A DNA stretch of 64,000 nt from an uncultured Actinomycetes bacterium (GTDB lineage Bacteria; Actinomycetota; Actinomycetes; Streptosporangiales; Streptosporangiaceae), in contig CAVSQL010000023.1 of NCBI GenBank assembly GCA_963730065.1, positions 64,926-128,925 of the forward strand. The letters run 5' to 3'. The notes beneath the pieces are model-generated. The model ran no database searches. It had not been told where the DNA came from and saw nothing but the letters and a program-made list of their open reading frames with translations. The position numbers and the translations under genes were made by a program. The first letter of the stretch is position 1. Each line of letters begins with the position of its first letter. Shown in pieces: positions 8,467-19,161 of the stretch.

Positions 8467-9694
8467 CGCCGAGGCGGCGCTGGCGGCCACCTTCCGCGAG
8501 GAATGGCCAAGGCTCGTCGCGGCCGCCCTCCGGGTCGCCGGTGATCTGCAGACCGCCGAGGACGCCGCGCAGGATGCCTTCCTGGCGGCACTGGACAAGT
8601 GGGCTCTCGCCGGCGTGCCTGAGCGGCCCGGCGCCTGGCTCATGACCGTGTGCCGCAACCGTGCCCGCAACGCGGTCCGGGATGCCGGGCGGGCGGACCA
8701 GAAGGCCAGGTCGCTGCGGCCGCTGCTGGCCGGGCAGTCGTCCGCCGGTGACGGGCCGCCGGGGATAGCCGACGACCGGCTGCGGCTGATCGCGATGTGC
8801 TGTCACCCGCTGCTGCCCACGAACGCTCAGGTCGCGCTCACGCTGCGGATGGTGGCTGGGCTCACCACCGAGGAGATCGCACGCAGCTTCCACACGCCCA
8901 TCCCCACGGTTGCCCAACGGATAGCCCGGGCGAAACGGGTCCTCACCGAGCACCAGGTGACCTTCACCAGCAACGACCCGGTCGTGCACGGCCGTCTGCC
9001 GGGCATCCTGGATGTCATTTACCTGATCTTCAACGAGGGCTACCTGGCCGCGGCGGGCGGCGCTCTCACCAGGGGAGAGCTCGCGTTCGAGGGCTACCGG
9101 CTGTGCTGCCTGCTGACCCAGCTCACCCCGGGCGAGGCGGCACCATGGGCGCTGCGGGCGCTGGTGTGTTTCCAGCTCAGCCGCTGGAACACCCGCACAG
9201 GTGGGCGCGGTGAGCTGCTCACGCTCGACGCGCAGGACCGCGGCCGGTGGGATCGCGACCTGATCGCCGATGGCGTCCACGCGCTTGCCCAGGCGCGCCG
9301 GGGCGGCCGCGGCCCGCTGCTCCTGCAGGCCGAGCTCGCAGCGTGTCACGCCACCGCGCCCAGCTCGGACGCCACCGACTGGGCGGCGATCGTAGCCCTC
9401 TACGACGAGCTCCTGGCTGTCGAGGATTCACCGGTGGTGGCCCTCAACCGCGCGGTCGCCGTGGCCATGGCCTCCGGGCCAGCCGCCGCGCTGCCCCTGC
9501 TTGACGACCTGGCCAGCGACCCGGCGCTGGCCCGCTCCCACCGCATCTGGGCCGTCCGGGCCGACCTGCACCGCAGACTCGGCCACACCTCAGCAGCGCT
9601 CGACGACTACCAGCGGGCACTCGAGCTGGTGCGCAACGACGTCGAACGCCGCTACCTCGCCGGCGCCCGGGCCCGTCTCACGGCCCGCTCCTGA
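8456..9694 (+). CDS. Sigma-70 family (ECF-like) factor with long C-terminal TPR-like/DUF6596-type extension
   Basis: In-frame GTG at 8456: VSDDAEAALAATFREEWPRLVAAALRVAGDLQTAEDAAQDAFLAALDKW...AWLMTVCRNRARNAVR ... LTLRMVAGLTTEEIARSFHTPIPTVAQRIARAKR. This is the common YciI-linked sigma architecture. Confidence 0.85.
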   Translation: MSDDAEAALAATFREEWPRLVAAALRVAGDLQTAEDAAQDAFLAALDKWALAGVPERPGAWLMTVCRNRARNAVRDAGRADQKARSLRPLLAGQSSAGDGPPGIADDRLRLIAMCCHPLLPTNAQVALTLRMVAGLTTEEIARSFHTPIPTVAQRIARAKRVLTEHQVTFTSNDPVVHGRLPGILDVIYLIFNEGYLAAAGGALTRGELAFEGYRLCCLLTQLTPGEAAPWALRALVCFQLSRWNTRTGGRGELLTLDAQDRGRWDRDLIADGVHALAQARRGGRGPLLLQAELAACHATAPSSDATDWAAIVALYDELLAVEDSPVVALNRAVAVAMASGPAAALPLLDDLASDPALARSHRIWAVRADLHRRLGHTSAALDDYQRALELVRNDVERRYLAGARARLTARS

Positions 9695-9728
9695 CACCGA
9701 CAAGCCACAAGAAAGGCTGGCAAAGCAG

Positions 9729-10172
9729 ATGCCACACGCCGAATACACCGTCACCATCGACCGCCCGGCGCGCGAGGTCTTCGACTACCTCGCCGACGGC
9801 ACCCATAACCGCGAATGGCGCACCGGTGTCCTCGACATCGAACACACCAACTCCACCACCGGCGAGGGTGCTGCCTACCGCCAGGTCCTCGCCGGCCCCG
9901 GCGGCCGCCGTATTGACGGCGACTACCGGATAACCGTGTTCAATCCACCGCGGCGGCTGGAGTTCCTGGTCACCGCCGGCCCGGCCCGGCCGGCCGGTGT
10001 CTTCGAACTGACCGACGGCACCGACCGGGCCACCGTCGTCCGCTTCGCCCTCGACGTCCAGCCAACGGGGTTCACGAAGCTCATGACCCCGATGATCGCC
10101 AGGCAGATGCGCCGCGAGGTCGCACAGCTCCAAACCCTGAAGAAGGTACTGGAACGAGCCGATGTCCAGTGA
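9729..10172 (+). CDS. SRPBCC (polyketide cyclase/dehydrase-like) family protein
   Basis: Internal ATG at 9729: MPHAEYTVTIDRPAREVFDYLADGTHNREWRTGVLDIEH... Confidence 0.8.
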   Translation: MPHAEYTVTIDRPAREVFDYLADGTHNREWRTGVLDIEHTNSTTGEGAAYRQVLAGPGGRRIDGDYRITVFNPPRRLEFLVTAGPARPAGVFELTDGTDRATVVRFALDVQPTGFTKLMTPMIARQMRREVAQLQTLKKVLERADVQ

Positions 10173-10242
10173 ACCTCCGCCGGCCGGCCGTGCCTACGTC
10201 GGGTCATCGGGGACCTTTTCTTCTCTGGGTGGGTTGTGCCGG

Positions 10243-10881
10243 TCAGTGATCGGCCTGGGACTGCCCGTCCGTGGTGCCGGGCGCCAGGCCGTCGGCGAGC
10301 GCGGCCGCCGCGGCCTGCCAGGAGAACGAGCCGGGCGCCAGGTGCCACTGGGCCATCAGCCCGTACAGGCCAGCGGTGAACAGCCGGGCCGCCAGCGCCG
10401 GGTCGGTGCCAGCAGGCCATTCCCCGGCCTGGACACCGGCCGCGAACAGGCCCTCGAGCTGCTCGTGCGTGCGGGCGTCGGCGGCCCGGACGGCGGCGGC
10501 GATCGCGGGCTCGTGGGCGGCCAGCGCCCGGGCCTCCATCAGCACCCGGCAGGTCGCGGTCTCCGCCAGCACGTGGGCGGCGACCGCGGCGGCCACCGCG
10601 TGCAGGACCCGCCGGGGGGAGCGGCGCCCGGCCTCGGGCAAGGCGGCGATCGCGGCGTTCACCCGGTCGGCGAGCCCGCAGTCCCATTCCTCGCCCAGCG
10701 CGATGAACAGCGCCTCCTTGCTGTCGAAGTACAGGTAGGGGGTGCCCTTGGACACCCCGGCCTGCGCGGCGACATCGGCCATGGTGGTGGCGTGATAGCC
10801 CGCCCGGGCGAAGCACGCAAGCGCCGCGGCGATGATCTGCTCCCGCCGCGCCGCCCGCGTCTGCTCAGCGATCTTGGGCAT
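10243..10881 (-). CDS. TetR/AcrR family transcriptional regulator
   Basis: RREQIIAAALACFARAGYHATTMADVAAQAGVSKGTPYLYFDSKEALF. Confidence 0.9.
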   Translation of the reverse strand: MPKIAEQTRAARREQIIAAALACFARAGYHATTMADVAAQAGVSKGTPYLYFDSKEALFIALGEEWDCGLADRVNAAIAALPEAGRRSPRRVLHAVAAAVAAHVLAETATCRVLMEARALAAHEPAIAAAVRAADARTHEQLEGLFAAGVQAGEWPAGTDPALAARLFTAGLYGLMAQWHLAPGSFSWQAAAAALADGLAPGTTDGQSQADH

Positions 10882-11284
10882 ACTGGCCCGCTCGTCTTAG
10901 GGCCCGGCGCCCGGTCCGCGCCGCCACCAGATACTCCAGGCCATAACCGGCGGCCAAGATCACCACGAACACTATGGTCTCCACGCTCACCCGGTACCAC
11001 CCCAGGGCGGATCCGGGCGCCAGCACGGCCGCGAACCCCAGCAGCGCGGCCAGTGTCCAGCCCGGCCCGGTGACCGCGCAGTGCGTCTCCCGGCAGTGCC
11101 AGAAGTTCGCCAGGCAGTAGGTGCCCGCGATCGCCACCCAGGTGCTGGCGATCGCGACTCCGGCGCGCCCGCCCACCGCGGCCGCGGCGGCGAAAAACGC
11201 CACTGCCACCACCACCCCAGCGACGCCACGGACGGCTGGCTCCACCGCGCGGCGGTACCGCTCCACCACGCCCCCGCCGGTCAT
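10865..11284 (-). CDS. Hypothetical integral membrane protein (Cys/His motif CLANFWHCRETHC)
   Basis: 139 aa with about 4 hydrophobic spans. It overlaps both neighbouring genes on the same strand. Confidence 0.55.
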   Translation of the reverse strand: MTGGGVVERYRRAVEPAVRGVAGVVVAVAFFAAAAAVGGRAGVAIASTWVAIAGTYCLANFWHCRETHCAVTGPGWTLAALLGFAAVLAPGSALGWYRVSVETIVFVVILAAGYGLEYLVAARTGRRALRRAGQYAQDR

Positions 11285-11682
11285 CGTCCCTCCAGGAGAG
11301 GAGCACCATTGGCCTTGGCAAGCCGCCCCGGATCAGTACGCGAGCGGTGCCAGGAAAGGAACAGCCAGGCGATCCCCACGGGGGGGCACACGACCAGCAG
11401 CACACACAGCAGGCACAGATCCGCCCCCGCGAACACCCCGGGCACCGCCTGCGCTGCGACGGTGGCCGGTGGGGCAGGCAGGTCCTCAGTCAGTTGCCGC
11501 AGCTGCTGCCAGCTGCGCGCGGCGTAAGCGGCGCCCAGCCGCTGATCGTATTCGTCGGCGGTCAGCCTGCCCTCGGCCAGCGCCGCATTGAGTAGGCCGG
11601 CGGCCGCGTCACGGTCGGCGTCCGATGCCAGCGTCTGCGGCCCGCCAGCCGCAGACCCGGCAGAGGTGCTCTGAGTGGCCAT
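11281..11682 (-). CDS. DUF1707 (SHOCT-like) domain membrane protein
   Basis: MATQSTS...ASDADRDAAAGLLNAALAEGRLTADEYDQRLGAAYAARSWQQLRQLTEDLP, followed by a TM segment. ATG at 11682 with GGAGGA RBS. Confidence 0.75.
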   Translation of the reverse strand: MATQSTSAGSAAGGPQTLASDADRDAAAGLLNAALAEGRLTADEYDQRLGAAYAARSWQQLRQLTEDLPAPPATVAAQAVPGVFAGADLCLLCVLLVVCPPVGIAWLFLSWHRSRTDPGRLAKANGAPLLEGR

Positions 11683-11789
11683 AGGTCCTCCTTCCCCATC
11701 GCCGCGGCCAGGCCCGGATGGGAGATCCCGGGACAGACCGCGGCCTCGGCCCGATGGCCGTACTAAATGACTGACCACTCAGTCATCTT

Positions 11790-12170
11790 AGCTCTCGGCA
11801 CTCAAAGGTCGGGGCCCGGGTGGCGGCCCGATCGGGAAGGTGGCGCCGCTTGTGCCGGAGACCGTTAGCTCGTGGTAGTCGATGTGGTTCGTGTCGAACG
11901 CCGGCGGTGGCGTCCCCGGCGGCAGCCCGCTGTACAGGCTGACCCGCCCGCGCGGCGCCACGCAGCCGATGCCTGCTCCTGCACGGTTCCGGACCCGACC
12001 GCCGCGATAACCACATCAGCGCCCGCGTCACCGCGGACCTGCTCAGCGAGGTCACCATCGGCGCAGATGGCCACGTCTGGCGCGATCAGCTCCGCCGCCC
12101 GGGACAGATCCGCCTGCCGGCGGCCTACCATGATCACCCGGCCGCGTAGGCGCGGCAGTCGCCGTGTCAC
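11790..12170 (-). pseudogene. Zinc-type (MDR) alcohol dehydrogenase C-terminal fragment, frameshifted
   Basis: Frame 1 reads GRVIMVGRRQADLSRAAELIAPDVAICADGDLAEQVRGDAGADVVIAAVGSGTVQEQA. A second frame continues ...PRGRVSLYSGLPPGTPPPAFDTNHIDYHELTVSG. The N-terminal catalytic domain is absent. Confidence 0.55.
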
Positions 12171-12178
12171 GATGATCC

Positions 12179-12655
12179 ATGCGTGTTCAGCGGTTTGATG
12201 TCCGGATCGCAGCTGGTCTCCGAGGCCACGCGCTGATCGTGGTGCCCTTTGACCCGGATACGGAGTGGGGCGTGAAGGCCGTGCATCACGTGAGCGGCAC
12301 GGTCAACGGCTGCCGGGTGCGGGTGACGCTCGAGCCGGGCGACAGCGGCTGGGCGTTCACGATGAACCCGACGAGAATGCAGCATGCGGGTATCGCGGTC
12401 GGCTCACAAGTGCCCGTGGAACTGTCGCCCGAGGGGCCGCAGCGCGGTGATCTTGCCGAGGACATCGCCGCCGCGCTGGACGCCAACCCCGCGGCCGGCG
12501 CGTTCTTCGACACGCTCGCGCAGTTCTACCGCAATGGCTACTTGCGTTACATCGACGCTACGAAGCGGCGGCCGGACCTGCGCGCGGCACGGATCGCGGA
12601 GGTCACGGGCCTGCTCGCAAGCAGGATCAAGGAACGGCCGCGTTCCCTGACCTGA
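12179..12655 (+). CDS. DUF1905 + YdeI/OmpD-associated family protein
   Basis: 158 aa: ...ALIVVPFDPDTEWGVKAVHHVSGTVNG... and DIAAALDANPAAGAFFDTLAQFYRNGYLRYIDATKRRPDLRAARIAEV. Confidence 0.8.
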   Translation: MRVQRFDVRIAAGLRGHALIVVPFDPDTEWGVKAVHHVSGTVNGCRVRVTLEPGDSGWAFTMNPTRMQHAGIAVGSQVPVELSPEGPQRGDLAEDIAAALDANPAAGAFFDTLAQFYRNGYLRYIDATKRRPDLRAARIAEVTGLLASRIKERPRSLT

Positions 12656-13082
12656 GCTCTCTGCTGGGCAGGCCTGCTGCCTGAGCTCGCCCGTGCGCCC
12701 GACAGCCGGGGCATCTGGCTAACTGGCGCGGATGTGGTACGACCTCACGCCTCGCCAGCTCGGCGATCGGGTGCGCTCATGTCCCCCGTCTCAGGCGTGC
12801 CATCGGCGAGGGAGCGGGCGCGGGTCAGCAGTTCCTCGGCGAGGCCCATGCCGCCGACGGCGATCCGCTTTGGTCACCAGTCTGGTCGGGATCAGCCATC
12901 CGATCGCCATCTGCTGCTGCGCTGAGACCGGCCCGCGGCGATACGATGGGCTCTAGGCGCTGGAGGGCGCCGCTGGGTCCGCGGGCAGGACAGAGTCCAC
13001 CTCCGCTAGCACATAGCAGGCCGTAACTGATGACGTTCTCTTCCGGCCCGGCCGCGGACCACCGGGTGACCAGGGAGACGTC

Positions 13083-14117
13083 ATGGCTGACCTGCCTGCC
13101 CGGCCCGATCTCGACCAGCTCCGCCATCAGGCCAAGGAGCTGCTGCGCGCCGCCCAGCGCGGTGACCCTGAAGCAACCGCGCGCATCCGCGCGGTCAGCA
13201 ATCGGATCATCCTGTCCTCGGCGCAGCTGGCGCTGGCCCGCGAGTACGGGTTCGCCAGCTGGGCCAAGCTCAAGCTCGAAGTCGAACGCCGCGACGTCCT
13301 CAACAGCCGCGACCTGTCCCGGCTGACCAGCCTGCTGGCCGAGCACCCGGAGCTGGCCACCGCCAGGATGGAGCACTGGTCCGACCATCAGCTAGGTGCG
13401 GACCCGCTCGGTTACATGGCCATGCTGCGGTTCGACCACGACCGGCTCGGCCTGCCCAGCGAACTGCCCGGCACCGGTGTCATGGCGAGGGCACTGATCG
13501 AGGCAGGCGCGCTGGTTGACGGGCGCCCCGGAGACTTCGAAACCCCGCTGATCACCGCTGCCAGCTACGGCGACGCCGAAGTCGCCAAGGTGCTCATCGA
13601 CGCCGGGGCCAACATCGAGGCCATCTCCGCACCCAACGGTGGTATCCCCAGCAGCACCGCGCTGCAACACGCAGCGGTGTTCGGCATGACCGAGGTCGTG
13701 GACGTCCTGGTCGCTGCCGGAGCCAAGACTCGCAGCCTGGAGATGGCCGCCGCCGCAGGAGATGTCGCCGGCTGGCCGCTTGGCCGGTTCACCCTGCAGA
13801 GCAAGCTCCGGGCCCTGGTGTTCGCCGCCGACCACCAGCGGCTCGACGTCATCGACCACCTCGTCGAGGCGGGAACGCCGGTCAACCAGGCCGACGCCGA
13901 ATGGGAGCGGCTGCCCCTGCACACCGCAGCCGGTAACGGACGGGCCGCCAGTGTCCGGCGACTGCTCGCCCACGGCGCCGACCCCAACCTCCGCGACCCC
14001 ACGCACCACCGCACCCCGCTGGAGGAGTGCCAGAAGGGCCCCAGCCCCGGACACCGCGCGGCCGCGGCCATCCTCCAGCCCCTCACCCAGGACGATCCGC
14101 CGCCCTCCGGCTCCTGA
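13083..14117 (+). CDS. Ankyrin repeat domain protein
   Basis: 344 aa with repeated ...TPLITAASYGDAEVAKVLIDAGANI..., ...TALQHAAVFGMTEVVDVLVAAGA..., ...LPLHTAAGNGRAASVRRLLAHGADPNLRD. Confidence 0.85.
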   Translation: MADLPARPDLDQLRHQAKELLRAAQRGDPEATARIRAVSNRIILSSAQLALAREYGFASWAKLKLEVERRDVLNSRDLSRLTSLLAEHPELATARMEHWSDHQLGADPLGYMAMLRFDHDRLGLPSELPGTGVMARALIEAGALVDGRPGDFETPLITAASYGDAEVAKVLIDAGANIEAISAPNGGIPSSTALQHAAVFGMTEVVDVLVAAGAKTRSLEMAAAAGDVAGWPLGRFTLQSKLRALVFAADHQRLDVIDHLVEAGTPVNQADAEWERLPLHTAAGNGRAASVRRLLAHGADPNLRDPTHHRTPLEECQKGPSPGHRAAAAILQPLTQDDPPPSGS

Positions 14118-14531
14118 ATCCAGGGGGTGGTACCGGACCCCAAAGAAAGTCAGGGCATCATCTGGCTGAACCACCCCGCAGTTCCGGAAGCCCCGCGGCA
14201 CCTGAGGTGACCTGGATGCTGTGGTCATCGTTGCGGCAGCAGGGAGATGGTTGGCCCGATGACGATGACCGCCGGATTGGTGACGGCAGGCGCGCTGAAC
14301 CGGATCCGCTGGCGACTATCCATCCACTGCCACGGACATTACCGAGAGTGACAATTCCGAAGAGGCAGCACCATGCATGCTGCGACAGATCGCCGACTCG
14401 GCGCGGCTTGATTGCCATGCCGCTGCCCGGGCGGCCGCACGCAGATTTTCTCTTCTGGGCGGCCGCGGATCGTCTGCGGTTGTGGCCGGGTGTGGCGGTG
14501 CGGACAGCGACTGCATGTCTTACCGGCCAGA

Positions 14532-17303
14532 TCATCTGGCGGTCAGATCCTGTGAGGCTGCCTGCGCGGCCAGTTCGGCGCGGGTGGTGATGCCGAGCTT
14601 GGCGAAGATGTGGGACAGGTGCACTTTGACGGTGCCGGGGGCGATGAACAGCCGCCGGGCGATGGCGTCGTTGCGCAGGCCTTCGCCGACGAGGCGGACG
14701 ACCTCCAGTTCTGCGGGGGTCAAGCTGGCCCAGCCGGTGGCGGGGCGTTTGCGGCCGCCGCCTTTGCGGGCGGCGTAGGCGACCGCGTCGTCGAGGGTGA
14801 GTCCCTGGCCCTCTTCCCACGCCTGGGTGAAGCGGTCCTTCCCGAGGGCGTCCCGCGCCTGGCTAACAGCGTGTACGGCGGCGCCGCGGTTGGCGGTGAA
14901 CCCGGGGGCCAGGTACTGCAGCGGCCGCCGGGCGGCGTCGGCGGCCGCTAGCAGACGGGCGGCGTCGGGGAAGCGCTCGCGGGCAGCGGCGAGCACGCCG
15001 AGTAGCTCGATGCCGTCGCAGGCGTCCATCCGGTCACACCCACGATGCCATTGCTCGGTGGCCTCGCGGACCAGGTGCTCGGCGCCGGCGAGCTCGCCAC
15101 GGTGCCAGGCCATGACGCCCTCGGCGTAGCCGAGCGCGGCGGCGATGATCGCCTGCCGGCGGCCCGCGAGTTCCGCGCGCGCCTCGGCGACGGCGGCGGC
15201 CGCCGAGGACTGATCACCGGCGCTGGCGGCCAGGCACGCCAGGCCGGCCAGGGCGGAGGGAACGAACATGACGCTCGCAACGCGGCGCCCGCCATCGGCC
15301 GCCCGGCGCAGCGCGCCGGCGGCGGCCGCGGTGTCACCCCTGGCCGCGGCCAGGCGGGCCTCGGCCAGCGGGCCAGCGAATTCCACAAACCGGAAGGCGC
15401 CGCCTCGTCCCGCCGCCCAGCACAATCCGATTTCCGTCTCGGCCGCTTCGAGCTGGCCCAGGGTGGCGAACAGCCGTGCCCGCCAGTGGCGCATGATCGT
15501 CTCGGTAAAGCGGTCTGGATGTGCCGCTATCAGGTTCGCGGCCTCATCCAGCGCAGCCACGGTGGCGGGCTGGATGCCCGCTCCGGCGGCCGCGGGCATC
15601 GACCACATGATCAGTGCGAGGACGAGCCCTTCCTGGCGCGCCGCCGTCCGGGCGAGTTCGACCGCCAGCAGGCCGCGCCGCTCCTGCTCGGCCAGGTCGC
15701 CCGACAGGAAGGCCGCCCCGGACAGCAGGATCTGGGCCCGCGCCGCGAGCGCCGGATCGGCCTGGCCGGACAGGGCCCGGCTGGCCTCGATCTCGGCGAC
15801 GATCCGGTCCGCATCGCCCGCGTGCCACGCCAGAGCGGCCAGCAGGTTGCGTCCCCAGACTTCCAGCTGCGGTTCGCCGGCCCGCTGGGCATAGGCGATG
15901 CCGTCGGCGGCGAGCGGGGCTGCCCGCCGAAAGTCTCCCAGGTGGAACGCCGACCAGGCCGCGCCGAGCAGCACCCGGGCCTGGACGCCCGGATCCGCCG
16001 CGGCCAGGACACCGGCCGCCGTGGTCAGAAACTGGCCCGCTTCGCTGTAGCGGCCGGTGGCGATCCACCACCGGGCGAGCCGGGCGGCCAGTTCCCGTCC
16101 TGCCTCCGGCTCCTGGCCGCTGAGCGCCCACGACAAGGCGGCGCGGATGCTGGCCTGTTCGGCCGATAGGCGGCTGGCCCACGCTGCCCATCTGCTGCTG
16201 CCCACGGTCGCCTCCGCTGACTGGGCCTCATCCAGCGCCCATTCCAGCAGCCCCAGGTGCACGGCCGTCTCCTCGCCGGAGGCGGCCAGTTGGCCGGCGG
16301 CGAACTGGCGGATGGTCTCCAGCAGCGAATAACGCACCGCGGCGCCGTCATGGATTTGCACGACGGATTTGCCGGCCAGGCTGGCCAGCAGCCCAGCGAT
16401 CACCTGCGGCTGCAGTGGCCCGCCGGCGGCGACTCGTTCGGCCGTGCCGAGGTCGAACCCTCCGCGCAGGACCGACAGGCGGGCCAGCAGGCGGCGTTCG
16501 GCATCGCCGAGCAGCTCATAGCTCCACGCGACCAGCGCTTCAAGCGACCGGTGCCGCCCCGGGCGGGCGGGGCCACCGGATAGCAGCCCGGGACGGCCAT
16601 CCAGCCGTGCGGCCAGTTCGGCGGGGTCTAGTGCCGGGCAGCGGGCTGCGGCCAGTTCGATCGCCAGAGGCATGCCGTCCAGCCGGGCGCACACTTGCGC
16701 GACCGCGGCCGAGTTGTGCGCCGACAGTTCGAAGGCGGGACTGGCCGCACCGGCCCGGGCCGCGAAGAGCATGCCGGCCTCGGACGCGGCGACCGCCGCG
16801 GCCGAGCCATCGGTCGGCAGCCCCAGCGGCGGCACCGGGAAGACCAGCTCACCGGGAACATCCAGGCGTTCCCTGCTGGTGGCCAGGAACCGCACCCGCC
16901 GGCATTGGGCAAGCAGCGAGACCACCAGACCCGCCGCCGCCTCCAGGACATGCTCGCAGTTGTCCAGCACCACCAGCAGCTCACGGTCGGCCAACGCGCG
17001 CACCAGCCCGGCGGCCGGGGTGGGCATATCCTGTTCGGACACACCCAGGGCCTGCGCGACGCTGGCCGGGACCAGCGCCGGATCGGTGAGCGGGGCCAGC
17101 TCGACCAGCCGGGCGCCATCGCCAAAGCCGGCCTCGGCGAGCGCCGCCACCCGCAGTGCCAGCCGGGTCTTGCCGCACCCGCCCGGGCCAGTGAGCGTGA
17201 CGACCCTGGCCATGCGAAGGCGTTCAAGCACAGCAGCTATCTCAGGGCCGCGGCCCACCAGTGAGTTCACCTCGGCCGGCAACCCCGAATGCCGCTGTGG
17301 CAA
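14532..17303 (-). CDS. Large ATPase-TPR-LuxR (LAL/STAND-type) transcriptional regulator
   Basis: 923 aa. The N-terminus has SLVGRGPEI...VVTLTGPGGCGKTRLAL (P-loop). The middle is long and helical or TPR-like. The C-terminus has a LuxR HTH: LTPAELEVVRLVGEGLRNDAIARRLFIAPGTVKVHLSHIFAKLGI. Confidence 0.9.
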   Translation of the reverse strand: MPQRHSGLPAEVNSLVGRGPEIAAVLERLRMARVVTLTGPGGCGKTRLALRVAALAEAGFGDGARLVELAPLTDPALVPASVAQALGVSEQDMPTPAAGLVRALADRELLVVLDNCEHVLEAAAGLVVSLLAQCRRVRFLATSRERLDVPGELVFPVPPLGLPTDGSAAAVAASEAGMLFAARAGAASPAFELSAHNSAAVAQVCARLDGMPLAIELAAARCPALDPAELAARLDGRPGLLSGGPARPGRHRSLEALVAWSYELLGDAERRLLARLSVLRGGFDLGTAERVAAGGPLQPQVIAGLLASLAGKSVVQIHDGAAVRYSLLETIRQFAAGQLAASGEETAVHLGLLEWALDEAQSAEATVGSSRWAAWASRLSAEQASIRAALSWALSGQEPEAGRELAARLARWWIATGRYSEAGQFLTTAAGVLAAADPGVQARVLLGAAWSAFHLGDFRRAAPLAADGIAYAQRAGEPQLEVWGRNLLAALAWHAGDADRIVAEIEASRALSGQADPALAARAQILLSGAAFLSGDLAEQERRGLLAVELARTAARQEGLVLALIMWSMPAAAGAGIQPATVAALDEAANLIAAHPDRFTETIMRHWRARLFATLGQLEAAETEIGLCWAAGRGGAFRFVEFAGPLAEARLAAARGDTAAAAGALRRAADGGRRVASVMFVPSALAGLACLAASAGDQSSAAAAVAEARAELAGRRQAIIAAALGYAEGVMAWHRGELAGAEHLVREATEQWHRGCDRMDACDGIELLGVLAAARERFPDAARLLAAADAARRPLQYLAPGFTANRGAAVHAVSQARDALGKDRFTQAWEEGQGLTLDDAVAYAARKGGGRKRPATGWASLTPAELEVVRLVGEGLRNDAIARRLFIAPGTVKVHLSHIFAKLGITTRAELAAQAASQDLTAR

Positions 17304-17607
17304 ACGTGCCGTCTACGCCCCCCATCAACGCATGCTGCTCGCGTCACGTCCTACGACCCAGCTCTCCGTCCCGTATGACCTAGCCGGGGGAGATATACCC
17401 CCTTCGGCAGATGTTGGCGGGAACGGGAACCGCGAGTCTTTTCCTGACCGTACATCACCGATCCAGGAGGACCCGATGGGTCGCACCCTCGCGCCAGCCG
17501 GCAATGACCGCGATTACCTACGGCTGGCGGAGCTGTCCACGATGCCGGCATCGCACGGCCGCAGCAGCTGTCCATGCACCCGGACCTTGTGATTAACGGA
17601 GGCCACG

Positions 17608-18093
17608 ATGATGTTCCTTAACTGCCCGGCCTACCTGGACCAGGACCGTGCCGTACGATGCGGGCTGCCTGCCGAGGTCAGGTGCCGGTTCACCATGCGC
17701 TCAACCGACGGGCCCCTGGAAAGCGCCATGATCAGGTGCCCGGCCGGCCACCACTTCAGTGGGCCCATCGAATCCCTCACCTGGGACGGCAAGGGCAACC
17801 ATGATCCTGGCACTGCCGGACTCGGTTCCCGCGCCGGGCATGACAGCCTCCAGCGCAGTCATGACGGCCGTGACGGTGGCGGCGGATCCGCCCGCCAGGG
17901 TTCCCCCGCCGAGCCGGCGCGGAAAGGCCGCCGCCCGAACACCGCTCCCGCCTACTATCTGGGCCACCCTGCCGCCCTGTGGATCACCGCCATGCGCCCG
18001 CGCCGCAGGCCCACCACCTCCCGCGACCTGACGGAAGCCGCCGTCACCGGCGGTAACCCGACCCGGGACTCCGGCATGCTCCTGCACAGTTGA
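17608..18093 (+). CDS. Hypothetical protein with N-terminal Cys/His (zinc-ribbon-like) module and disordered basic tail
   Basis: MMFLNCPAYLDQDRAVRCGLPAEVRCRFTMRSTDGPLESAMIRCPAGHHFSGPIESLTW. GGAGG RBS. It is preceded by a 38-codon ORF (17476-17592) that has its own AGGAGG. Confidence 0.55.
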   Translation: MMFLNCPAYLDQDRAVRCGLPAEVRCRFTMRSTDGPLESAMIRCPAGHHFSGPIESLTWDGKGNHDPGTAGLGSRAGHDSLQRSHDGRDGGGGSARQGSPAEPARKGRRPNTAPAYYLGHPAALWITAMRPRRRPTTSRDLTEAAVTGGNPTRDSGMLLHS

Positions 18094-18315
18094 CTCCTGG
18101 CTATCGGCACGGGTTCAACCTCCGCGACGAGGAGGAGATCTTCATGGCAGCCACCGCGGCCAGACCCTCGCGCTCTTGCTTAACGACGTGGCGGCCATTC
18201 CAGCCTGGACCTGGCATCGGCTGACCGCGAGCGACCGCGAGCTTGTCCTGCTCCGGCTCACCGACCGCCCCATCCACGACGCTTTCGACCTGCCCCACGC
18301 CGAGGAAGAAGAGGT

Positions 18316-19161
18316 GTGACCAGCATGCTGCACAGGATCAGCGTCAGCGGAACCGAACTGGAATACGAGCTACGCGGAATCAGCGCCGGGGAACCCGTCG
18401 TCCTCATCCACTGGGGCGTGGGCGCGAAATGGGCCGAGCCGCTCCTGGAGCAGCAAGCACTGACCAGCCGCTACCAGCTGCTCAGCTATCACCGGGCAGG
18501 CTTCGCCGGCAGCGGCCCGCTAGAAGGCCCACCCACCATGGCCGCGCACGCCGCCCACTGCCATCAGCTGATGCGCGAGCTCGGCATCACCAGGGCCCAC
18601 ATCGTCGGCCACTCCTCCAGCGTCCCGGTAGCACTCCAGCTCGCGCTGGACGCCCCCGATGCCGTGCACACCCTCACCCTCATGGAGGCCGCGCGGCCCG
18701 CCGCGCCCACCGACGCCGAGCGGCAGTTCGGCACGCACGTCGTCGTGGCCGCTGTCCAGCGCTATCGCGCGGGCGACAAGGCCGCAGCGGTCAACATCTT
18801 CTTCCGCGGTGTCTTCGGACCGGGCTACCGTCCCGCCCTCGACCACGGGCTGCCCGGTGCCTTCGAGCAGGCGGTCGCCGACTCCGGCGCGTTCTTCACC
18901 CAGGAAATGCCCGCCATCCAGCAATGGCCGTTCACCGAAAACGACGCGCACCGCATCCAGCAGCCGACGCTCGCCGTCCTCGGGACGGCCAGCCCTCAGA
19001 TGCTCGCGGAACGGCAGAAACTGTTGCTGCATTGGCTGCCCAACGCCGAGCCACTCGACCTGCCCGGCCTCACCCATCTCCTGCACATGCAGGACCCCGC
19101 CGCCGTGGCCGACGGACTGACCGGCTTCTTCGCCCGCCACCCGATACCCCAGCCACTCTGA
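18316..19161 (+). CDS. Alpha/beta fold hydrolase
   Basis: PVVLIHWG...YHRAGFAGS...AHIVGHSSSVPVALQLALDAPDAV... The start may be the ATG at 18325 rather than the GTG at 18316. Confidence 0.85.
   Translation: MTSMLHRISVSGTELEYELRGISAGEPVVLIHWGVGAKWAEPLLEQQALTSRYQLLSYHRAGFAGSGPLEGPPTMAAHAAHCHQLMRELGITRAHIVGHSSSVPVALQLALDAPDAVHTLTLMEAARPAAPTDAERQFGTHVVVAAVQRYRAGDKAAAVNIFFRGVFGPGYRPALDHGLPGAFEQAVADSGAFFTQEMPAIQQWPFTENDAHRIQQPTLAVLGTASPQMLAERQKLLLHWLPNAEPLDLPGLTHLLHMQDPAAVADGLTGFFARHPIPQPL

Noticed and set aside
12660-13082. ORFs 12732-12956 (+), 12734-12925 (+) and 12825-13388 (-) in the gap before the ankyrin gene.
   Set aside because: They have poor codon structure and no motifs, and they overlap each other and the ankyrin gene start. 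I treat the region as intergenic.
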